41,911 bases of DNA from Candidatus Avilachnospira sp. (GTDB lineage Bacteria > Bacillota > Clostridia > Lachnospirales > Lachnospiraceae): contig JAZUHZ010000251.1 in the NCBI GenBank assembly GCA_045642005.1, positions 1 to 41,911 on the forward strand, in the 5' to 3' direction. The translations under genes and the position numbers were made by a program. Shown one piece after another: positions 8,745 to 15,182 of the stretch (its first letter is position 1; the number at the start of each line of letters is the position of its first letter). Below the pieces are notes generated by a model. It was not told where the DNA came from, did not search any database, and saw only the letters and a program-made list of their open reading frames with translations.

Positions 8745-9098
8745 TCAGTATGTCATCAGGAAAGCAAGGATCCCGTGGGTGGGAACGTAGCCCTCGATAT
8801 CATAAATCTTCCGGCCGGAAGGATATTCACAGATGCCGGAGGAATCGACCTGAAGAAGGTTTCGCCCGGAAGGGTATTCCTTCAGATACCTGCCGTCATA
8901 CTGTCTGAGATGTCTCCCGGACGGGTATTCGTTGATATAGTCCCCGTCAAACTGATATATGATTCTTCCGGAGGGATAGTCTCTCACGGCTCTGCTGTCG
9001 ATATGGTACTCTGTCCGGCTGGACGGATAGTCTTTGATGGAGTCACTGTCAATTTCCATGATCCTTCTTCCGGAAGGATACTCTCTGATATATCCCAT
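8745..9098 (-). CDS. Small repeat protein: six exact 17-residue repeats centred on (E/D)YPSGR, plus a hydrophobic C-terminal tail
   Basis: The Tyr of YPS(G/S)R falls at residues 7, 24, 41, 58, 75 and 92. RBS is AGAGGTGA. Confidence 0.7.
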   Translation of the reverse strand: MGYIREYPSGRRIMEIDSDSIKDYPSSRTEYHIDSRAVRDYPSGRIIYQFDGDYINEYPSGRHLRQYDGRYLKEYPSGRNLLQVDSSGICEYPSGRKIYDIEGYVPTHGILAFLMTY

Positions 9099-9163
9099 AT
9101 TTCACCTCTTTCTAAACATTTCAGAAGTTTCATACCTTGTATATTTTACTTCAAAATAACCTT

Positions 9164-9568
9164 TTAAATCTTTACGACCCGGTTTCTCCTCGTATCGCCG
9201 GATTCTGACGATGAATCCTCAATATACTTCGCGTTTACATATTTTGTTGCTCTTGCAAATCCAAGTTTTTTTACCGTGCCGGCTTTTACCATTTTACCAA
9301 GTACGGATTCAACGGTCGTAGGGCTGATATCCGGCAGGAATCCGCAGATCTCTGATTTGGACACAGGAAGTATGCTGTTTAATACCGTCTGTTCTATTCT
9401 CTCAGTTTTGCTGAGCCTTTTCCCGTTTATCTGCATATATATTATCGGATAATGTGCAGATTTGCAATTGATATCTGCACATTTATCTTCCTGCATTGTG
9501 CAGATAAATCGCACCGGAGTCACCCCGCTTCTGTCAGGAAAAGGCGGTTGGCTCATGGGTAAAGTCAC
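9164..9568 (-). CDS. Putative winged-helix DNA-binding protein. The true start is probably internal (Met at 9436 or 9496).
   Basis: The C-terminal 90 aa resemble a wHTH (SKSEICGFLPDISPTTVESVLGKMVKAGTVKKLG). The TGCAGAT repeats and inverted repeat at about 9458-9510 look like an operator lying inside the nominal 5-prime end of the ORF. Confidence 0.5.
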   Translation of the reverse strand: MTLPMSQPPFPDRSGVTPVRFICTMQEDKCADINCKSAHYPIIYMQINGKRLSKTERIEQTVLNSILPVSKSEICGFLPDISPTTVESVLGKMVKAGTVKKLGFARATKYVNAKYIEDSSSESGDTRRNRVVKI

Positions 9569-9638
9569 GGGCCAACCTAAAGATTCTTACGCGGCATATG
9601 TCACGCTGCGGTGAATCCGCAGGTTTTCGGCCACTTCC

Positions 9639-10064
9639 TTAATCAAACGGATCCCAATACTCATTGCTGAATGTCACACGTTTCTGTTCGAAGATTTCCT
9701 CACGGACTTTAAGCATCAGCTCCTTTGCACCCGCAAGGCCGCTCCTGATCAGGTTTTCCGTTCCCCTGCTGTCATAGGTATGCTCCTCCGGGTCAAAATT
9801 CCGGATGTAGTCAAAGGCCGTGTCAAGGATCTCCAGAGCACTGTCCTGACCTGTTAAGCCGCCCCACCCGATGTCAATGCAGAAGCCGGCATGGTTTTCG
9901 GTCTGCGCCCGGTAAAGGGAATCCGCCGCCTGAGCTGCCTCCGGGACATCGGCAAGCTTTGTCCGAAGATCGAGCGGGAAGTACATCACCCGCCGGTCTG
10001 TCTGCGCGATGTCCTCCACGGAGAACTCCTTCCATATGTTTAAGTTTTTAATGTCAATTTTCAC
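9639..10064 (-). CDS. Hypothetical 141-aa protein
   Basis: ORF with a GTG start preceded by GGAGGTG. No family recognised. Confidence 0.55.
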   Translation of the reverse strand: MKIDIKNLNIWKEFSVEDIAQTDRRVMYFPLDLRTKLADVPEAAQAADSLYRAQTENHAGFCIDIGWGGLTGQDSALEILDTAFDYIRNFDPEEHTYDSRGTENLIRSGLAGAKELMLKVREEIFEQKRVTFSNEYWDPFD

Positions 10065-10091
10065 TGCTTTTCACCTCCTCCCCTATGATAG

Positions 10092-10145
10092 CAGACAGGA
10101 CGTACCATCCCTGGTACGTCCTGTCTGGGGGGACGGTACGTCCTG
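10092..10145. repeat. Perfect 15-bp inverted repeat (CAGACAGGACGTACC / GGTACGTCCTGTCTG, 6-nt loop) followed by a third partial copy GGTACGTCCTG (10135-10145)
   Basis: Read directly from the sequence. It sits immediately upstream of the RBS of the 9639-10064 gene. Confidence 0.6.
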
Positions 10146-10175
10146 GCCGGGGGTGAATGGCACTGCCCAAACGCC

Positions 10176-10212
10176 ATGCACCCTCCTGCTGCCGGGCAAC
10201 AGGAGGGTGCAT
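10176..10212 (-). terminator. Hairpin terminator after the FtsH-like gene (13-bp stem ATGCACCCTCCTG / CAGGAGGGTGCAT)
   Basis: Perfect stem 12 nt downstream of the stop codon on the minus strand. The trailing U-tract is short (GGCGTTTGGG). Confidence 0.5.
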
Positions 10213-10223
10213 GTTGGTACATA

Positions 10224-11477
10224 TCAGGCGGCGAAGATCTCCTCCAGATCTTTTCTGAGGAGGGTCTTCTTCTCCATGAGAGCCGTGGCCACACGGTCAA
10301 GGAGAGCGCGGTGCTCGCAGAGCATGCGGCGGGTCTCGTTATAGTAACGCTGCATCTCCAGGGAGATCACGGTGTCCTTGCGGTCCATGGCATGGGTTCC
10401 CATGTTGGAGCTTCTTTCAAACTCTCCGAAACCGTAGGTGCAGTAGTTGTCGGCAAAACGCTCCACAATGTTAAAGGCTCTGTTCAGATCGCTGTTGGCG
10501 CCCACGTCGGTGGTGCCGAAGGTGATCTCCGTAGCAGCTTTTCCGCCGAGAATGGAGAGGACGCGGTTTTCCATGAACTTCTTGGAACCGAAATAATTCC
10601 TGTTCTGTGTATAGGAGGTGATGCCTCCCACGTCACCGTTATAGGTGGCCACGGAAACGAGATTCACGCTTCCCGGTTCCAGGAGCTCGTTCACCACGGC
10701 ATGTCCCGCCTCGTGCCAGGCAACCGTTTTCAGAAACTCCTCATCATACCGGAAGCTTTCGGGCGCACCGAAGATCACGCGGAGGCAGGCTCTCACCATA
10801 TCGTCCATGCCGATGCTTTCCTTATTTTCATATCCCGCATAGATGCCGGCCTCATTCACCACGGTCTCCAGCTCAGCGCAGCTTCTTCCGTCAAGGATGT
10901 GCGCGATCTGATCGGCATCAATGTCCGAGACGAAATTCTTCTGTCCGAGGTAATGGCGGATGATCTCCGCGGCGTCCTCCACCTTCGGGGCGCAGATCTC
11001 CACGGTCTTGTCGAAACGGCCGGCGCGGAGAAGAGACGGCGGCAGACAGTCCTCCTCATTGGCGGTGGCGAGCACGAACACTTCGCTGTCTCTGCAGTCA
11101 TCGATGCAGGACTGGATGGTGACAAACTCTTCCGCATTTCTGTGGCGGTTGTCCTCATTGGCAAACTTGTCAATGTCATCCAGGAAAATGATGGACGGCG
11201 CCTGTTCCTTTGCTTTCTGGAAGGTCTCGCGGATCTCGTTGACAAAAGCGCCGTCGGGCTTGTCCTTGCGGCAGGTGAATGCCGGGCGGCCGCTGGCTTT
11301 TACGATGCACTTTGCCATGGTGGTCTTGCCGAGGCCGGGCTCTCCGATCAGAAGAAGTCCCTTCGGGGTGTTCACGCCGAGAGCGCGGTACTTGTCCGGG
11401 TGCTTCATGATGTCGCAGAGACGCTCAAACTCCTTTTTTTCTTCCTCATATCCGATGATAGGATCAAATTCATTCAT
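10224..11477 (-). CDS. Soluble FtsH-like protein: an AAA+ module plus an M41 zinc-peptidase domain, with no transmembrane anchor
   Basis: Walker A GEPGLGKTT. Walker B IIFLDDID (DD in place of the usual DE). SRH ATANEEDCLPPSLLRAGRFD. Zinc site WHEAGHAV. Only 417 aa, with no N-terminal TM segments. RBS is AAGGGGA. Confidence 0.8.
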   Translation of the reverse strand: MNEFDPIIGYEEEKKEFERLCDIMKHPDKYRALGVNTPKGLLLIGEPGLGKTTMAKCIVKASGRPAFTCRKDKPDGAFVNEIRETFQKAKEQAPSIIFLDDIDKFANEDNRHRNAEEFVTIQSCIDDCRDSEVFVLATANEEDCLPPSLLRAGRFDKTVEICAPKVEDAAEIIRHYLGQKNFVSDIDADQIAHILDGRSCAELETVVNEAGIYAGYENKESIGMDDMVRACLRVIFGAPESFRYDEEFLKTVAWHEAGHAVVNELLEPGSVNLVSVATYNGDVGGITSYTQNRNYFGSKKFMENRVLSILGGKAATEITFGTTDVGANSDLNRAFNIVERFADNYCTYGFGEFERSSNMGTHAMDRKDTVISLEMQRYYNETRRMLCEHRALLDRVATALMEKKTLLRKDLEEIFAA

Positions 11478-11550
11478 AATTTATATTCCCCTTTCGCTCT
11501 TGTGATGTAAGGATCATAACATATCCTATGTGACGTTTTCGGTGCGCCGG

Positions 11551-11620
11551 CATAACATGCGTGAAACATCTCCGACGTTTCACGCATGTTATGTGGGATT
11601 AACGTTTCACGCATGTTTCA
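11551..11620. repeat. Perfect 17-bp inverted repeat CATAACATGCGTGAAAC / GTTTCACGCATGTTATG (9-nt spacer) plus a third copy GTTTCACGCATGTTTCA (11604-11620)
   Basis: Read directly from the sequence. It lies between the wHTH gene stop and the start of the FtsH-like gene and shares its core with 144-220. Confidence 0.7.
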
Positions 11621-11626
11621 TTCTGT

Positions 11627-11965
11627 TCAGCAGGCTTTGCGGAAATGGCTGTCCTTTTCATACCAGGCGCCGGTGGCCTTGTCCAGACAGATATCCAGCT
11701 CATCCTCATCTTCCAGAAGGTGAAGGATTCTTCCCACTGCCTTTCTCTCCAGGGAAAGCTCATAGGGGTACTCCTCCAGTCTGTCAATGATCTCCTGCTG
11801 TCTCAGGTGCTTTCTGCTGTTGGTGTTGTCTTTGAGGATCTGGTACACATAGAGTGTTGCCAGTGTCTTTCTGCCGTTCGCTTTTCTGAGGCCTCCTTCC
11901 TCCTCATCGTCCTCATCGTAGTCCATGAAACCTGTTGCATTTACTTTGGTATTGCTCATCATCAT
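11627..11965 (-). CDS. Short wHTH protein resembling the N-terminal DNA-binding domain of WYL-type (BrxR/CapW/PafBC-like) regulators, with no WYL domain
   Basis: TLATLYVYQILKDNTNSRKHLRQQEIIDRLEEYPYELSLERKAVGRILHLL matches the typical HTH_11-like N-terminus. It has an acidic N-terminal tail. A GGAGG RBS precedes three consecutive ATG codons. Confidence 0.6.
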   Translation of the reverse strand: MMMSNTKVNATGFMDYDEDDEEEGGLRKANGRKTLATLYVYQILKDNTNSRKHLRQQEIIDRLEEYPYELSLERKAVGRILHLLEDEDELDICLDKATGAWYEKDSHFRKAC

Positions 11966-12560
11966 ATCCTCCTACAATCTGAAAACTTCGAACCTTTTCA
12001 CCCTCCGGACAGCGCAATTTAATACACAACCTCCTTTTCAAAAAGCTGTCGCAAAAATATATTACATCACTGATGTACCGCCTCTGTCACATCCTTCCTC
12101 CCGCGCCGTCCTGGCGCCTGTCTGTAAAAAAAGCGAACTTTAACAGACCCACAAAAACCGGAGTGACGAAGCTTATTCAGTTACAAAAGGGTACGTGCCG
12201 GTTGATCCCCCGGCAGGGAACTAAAACATTGAAAAACCACAACAAATTCAAAAAAATTTTTTTCTCTCTTTTCATTGCCTGCGCATTATAGCACACCTGC
12301 CCGCAATTTTTCAACTAATTTTCCGGGGACCTTTCTCTGACCGTTTTCTTACGGCTTTCTGTCGCCCTTTCGTGTGCGAATCACATCATTTTTCGCGTCA
12401 CGATAGTAGTATAGCACACTATACGTCCCGTTTTTGGCACATAAAAAAAGACCGGTAACAAACCGGATTGTACTTTTTTGTTATATTGTTGTATAAAAGA
12501 ATCGGAGAATTCCGCGTTTCCTAACGCATCGGCACCTTTCGCAAAACGAGGAGATCAATC

Positions 12561-12794
12561 ATGGAAAACTACGAAGATACTGAAAACGAGCTTACCGCAG
12601 AAGCACTTCAGAGTGTGAGCGGCAGCGCATCACCGTATGACGAAATGGCAGCGCCCGGGTCGAGGAAACTGATGACAGATTACCCGGATAATCAGATAAT
12701 CATCGGAGGGCCGCTGAAAAAGAACATCGAAAACCAGGCAAAGCTGGCTGCAACAACGGCAGATTTTATAACCAGAGTCGGGTACAGGGAATAG
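12561..12794 (+). CDS. Small ORF with a degenerate leader-like N-terminus (..ELTAEALQSVSGS..). It overlaps the 12692-13015 gene antisense.
   Basis: Good RBS (GAGGAGATCAATC ATG). The 103-nt convergent overlap with the minus-strand precursor makes it uncertain that both are coding. Confidence 0.35.
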   Translation: MENYEDTENELTAEALQSVSGSASPYDEMAAPGSRKLMTDYPDNQIIIGGPLKKNIENQAKLAATTADFITRVGYRE

Positions 12795-13015
12795 CCTCGG
12801 ATCCTTCTCACCTGCTGCTGGAGAGAATCGCCGTGATCGACAAGGATCCGACTTTTATCGGTACAAAGAGTCTTGAGGTATTTGTGAAGCCCCGTACAGC
12901 CTTGGTTGTCTCCGCCCGCGACCTGCGCAAGCTCTTCCTCGGTCAGCTCAGTGAGCTTCTCGTTCATTGCTTCATATTCGATTTTCAGTTCGTTCAGTTC
13001 TTCTTTCGTTTTCAT
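12692..13015 (-). CDS. Class-A double-glycine leader peptide precursor (leader MKTKEELNELKIEYEAMNEKLTELTEEELAQVAGG, 72-aa C-terminal region)
   Basis: The leader is near-identical in pattern to the 17497, 18077 and 18425 paralogs. The core has two Cys and a hydrophobic tail. Confidence 0.7.
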   Translation of the reverse strand: MKTKEELNELKIEYEAMNEKLTELTEEELAQVAGGDNQGCTGLHKYLKTLCTDKSRILVDHGDSLQQQVRRIRGYSLYPTLVIKSAVVAASFAWFSMFFFSGPPMII

Positions 13016-13049
13016 ACCGATACAGAAACAACGGAAGGTTTCTCTTCCG

Positions 13050-13151
13050 TCATCCTCGAGTCAGGACTCTCTTTTTTTCGGCACATGAGCACAGCAGAAA
13101 CGCTGCCACAAGTACCGTCAGAACAATCGTTATCCAATTTCTTGCTGTCAT
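13050..13151 (-). CDS. Possible 33-aa membrane or lipoprotein-signal-like peptide (MTARNWITIVLTVLVAAFLLCSCAEKKRVLTRG)
   Basis: Below the ORF-track cutoff and read by hand. An AAAGGA RBS lies 7 nt upstream. It sits directly upstream of, and on the same strand as, the 13015 precursor. Confidence 0.3.
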   Translation of the reverse strand: MTARNWITIVLTVLVAAFLLCSCAEKKRVLTRG

Positions 13152-13266
13152 GAATTATCCTTTTCGATCACCTGTCCTGCCGGGGCTTCCTGTCGCTGTT
13201 TTTCTGCCAGATTCCAGAAGTTCTCTTTCGAATGCCTTCCATCCCCTAAAACGGCGCTGTGATACA

Positions 13267-13863
13267 CTAGAAACACCCGCCTGCCAGATAGGCGTTTTTC
13301 ATAACAGGTCCGTTACTTTTCCCCTCGATATTCAGCTCATACAGCTCGAAATCTGTCCAGCCGGTATCCGGGTAAAAGAGATTCAGGGTGTAGAGTTTCT
13401 GAAATCCGAAGGACTCGTACAGCCGGTTTGCGGGAAGGTTTCCTTTTAAGACATCGAGCCTCAAGGCTTTTCCTCCGTTTTCTCCTGCCGTATCGATCGC
13501 ATACTGCACCATTTCTTTTGCAAGACCTCTCCGTCCGTATGACGGGAGCACGGCGAGCATGTGGATCACAAAGACTTCTTCTTTTTCCGCCCTCGTCGGC
13601 CAGTCAAACCGGCTGTATCCCTCGTTGCATTCGTGATTTAAGGCCATGACTGAAACGATCCTTCCGTCAAGCTTTCCTGTAACCAGTTCTCCCCTTTCCA
13701 GAAGCTCCCTTAGTTCCCGGGGATCCGGATACACGTCTTTCTCCCAGCGGGGATGGTAGTCTCTCCCGGCAAAGCCGTCGATCACCTCGTAATAGAAGGA
13801 CCTGATCTGTTCGTATTCTTCTTTTTCCGCTCTTTTGATCATCATGTGTCTTGATCTTCCCAT
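13267..13863 (-). CDS. GNAT-family N-acetyltransferase
   Basis: Acetyl-CoA binding motif (LAVLPSYGRRGLAKEMV) and the overall GNAT pattern. The start may be the Met at 13845. Confidence 0.8.
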   Translation of the reverse strand: MGRSRHMMIKRAEKEEYEQIRSFYYEVIDGFAGRDYHPRWEKDVYPDPRELRELLERGELVTGKLDGRIVSVMALNHECNEGYSRFDWPTRAEKEEVFVIHMLAVLPSYGRRGLAKEMVQYAIDTAGENGGKALRLDVLKGNLPANRLYESFGFQKLYTLNLFYPDTGWTDFELYELNIEGKSNGPVMKNAYLAGGCF

Positions 13864-14098
13864 CCATCCTCAGGCCATCAAACCCTTCATCAAAAATGGC
13901 GCAGGATACTCCGCCCTCTACAGGGCGGGGAGGAATGCGCCCCTCCTTTCGGTAATAATCGTCCTTTGGGGCTCGAGAAATCTCAGCTTCTTATGCCTCG
14001 TCCTCCTCTGTATTTTTCTTCTGCGGTCAATTTTCAAAAAGCCATACAAACCCGGGTTCACAGTCAGGCCCATTAATTAAGGGCCAGTCCTGTTTTCC

Positions 14099-14368
14099 TT
14101 AGCTGAACTTCTTTGCCAGCGTATTCACTTTTGTCATCAGCTCCTTTGAAAACAGGCCCTGATTCTTCTCCACAACGGCGGAATACTTTTTTGCGTTCGG
14201 GATCTGTGCCATCAGCGTTGCCACATTGGCATTTTTGATAATGCCTGCCAGCTCCTTCATGTCATCCGGAAGCTTTCCGCTCTTCTCAAGCCCGTCAAAT
14301 TCCTTCTTTGCCATGTCAAGCACACTTCCGAGCTCATTTCCTGCACTCAGTTTGTCCAATAATCCCAT
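14099..14368 (-). CDS. Hypothetical 89-aa helical protein
   Basis: ORF with an AAAGGA RBS. No family recognised. Confidence 0.55.
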   Translation of the reverse strand: MGLLDKLSAGNELGSVLDMAKKEFDGLEKSGKLPDDMKELAGIIKNANVATLMAQIPNAKKYSAVVEKNQGLFSKELMTKVNTLAKKFS

Positions 14369-14491
14369 AATTTCTGTCCTTTCATCGAATATTTTCTGTT
14401 CTGCACCGCCCTGTCATATGATGGGCGGTCAAACATATTATACATACCTTCCCCGAAAAAGGATACCGTACTTTTCCATGAATGCCATTCC

Positions 14492-14608
14492 CCTCATTTG
14501 CCAAATTAAATACAGCCCTTACCCTCCATTTAATTTGGCAAATGAGGGTGGTGTGATGATGTGGCCCGTGAAAAAGCAGTATCCTTTTCCGGCAGCCGGG
14601 CGTATAAT
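14492..14608 (+). promoter_or_regulatory. Peptide-gene promoter cassette, copy 1: palindrome with 20-nt arms (14492-14511 / 14528-14547, 16-nt centre), a conserved block, and -10 TATAAT (14603-14608)
   Basis: The arm CCTCATTTGCCAAATTAAAT is perfectly complementary to ATTTAATTTGGCAAATGAGG. The downstream block GTGAAAAAGCAGTATCCTTTTCCG..GCCGGGCGTATAATA is shared with copy 2 and, in degraded form, with 6265-6312. The -35 is poor (TATCCT). Confidence 0.65.
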
Positions 14609-14643
14609 ACCTAAGGAATCGATAATTCTGGAGGAAAACCGGT

Positions 14644-14994
14644 ATGAAAAACAGAAAAGAGAAATTCGCAGGCGAACAGGCCATGATGGAGCTTTCTGAT
14701 GACGATCTGGGTCAGGTAACGGGAGGCACTGATATCACACTTGAAAAGGCAGGCGTCAGGCTGGGTGAAACCGGAGTCGTGCTCTGCCCAACAGATACAC
14801 GCAGCTTTACACCCACAATTTCGCCCACAATTGAACCTACAATTGAACCTGACGCTACGGAAAACCCGGGAATTTCAGGCGGAACACTCAATTCTTTACC
14901 ATATACTGAACCTACGAGCCAATCCAATCGCTATTTTGTGTATTATGAACCAGACCCGATAGAAAAGTTCTCTACTAATGTCTCTAAACAGTAA
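14644..14994 (+). CDS. Class-B double-glycine leader peptide precursor (leader MKNRKEKFAGEQAMMELSDDDLGQVTGG, 88-aa Pro/Thr-rich core)
   Basis: A GGAGGAA RBS and the conserved cassette lie upstream. The core contains TPTISPTIEPTIEP repeats and one Cys. Confidence 0.75.
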   Translation: MKNRKEKFAGEQAMMELSDDDLGQVTGGTDITLEKAGVRLGETGVVLCPTDTRSFTPTISPTIEPTIEPDATENPGISGGTLNSLPYTEPTSQSNRYFVYYEPDPIEKFSTNVSKQ

Positions 14995-15107
14995 GAACAA
15001 ATAATGATCCTGATCAGGTAACGGGAGGCATTGGGCCTTGCCTCACCGGTGAGAGAAACTATGAACTGATCAGTCCCGGCGCCAACGTGATATCCGATCC
15101 CGGGTGA
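14988..15107 (+). pseudogene. Startless leader remnant (..NNDPDQVTGG IGPCLTGERNYELISPGANVISDPG)
   Basis: The frame opens after the TAA at 14985-14987 and has no ATG, GTG or TTG before the DPDQVTGG motif. The DNA GATCAGGTAACGGGAGGC is identical to the cleavage-site DNA of the preceding gene. Confidence 0.4.
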
Positions 15108-15182
15108 AATGGAATCGGCAGCAGCTATGATGAGGGATGGGCACATAGACAGAGGCGCGTGAACGCACAGCAGGGAGTAACT

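Noticed and set aside
10176-11510. Long plus-strand ORF (444 aa) antisense to the FtsH-like gene. There are similar long shadow ORFs at 34478-35452 (-), 36866-38497 (+), 38543-39178 (+), 39224-39862 (+), 7439-8227 (-), 15342-16145 (-), 16167-16943 (-), 19458-20261 (+) and 27920-28660 (+).
   Set aside because: Each lies antisense to a gene with clear family motifs. They have biased, low-complexity or Arg/Gly/His-rich composition, no recognisable domains and no RBS. This is typical of shadow ORFs in GC-rich coding DNA.
11966-12560. About 600 bp of ORF-poor DNA, examined for an RNA gene or mobile-element end. It contains a TATAGCACAC 10-mer twice and a weak ACCGG hairpin flanked by A- and T-runs.
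   Set aside because: I found no tRNA, riboswitch or terminal inverted repeat pattern that I could recognise, and ORF 12073-12291 is not protein-like. I leave it as unexplained intergenic DNA and make no claim about it.
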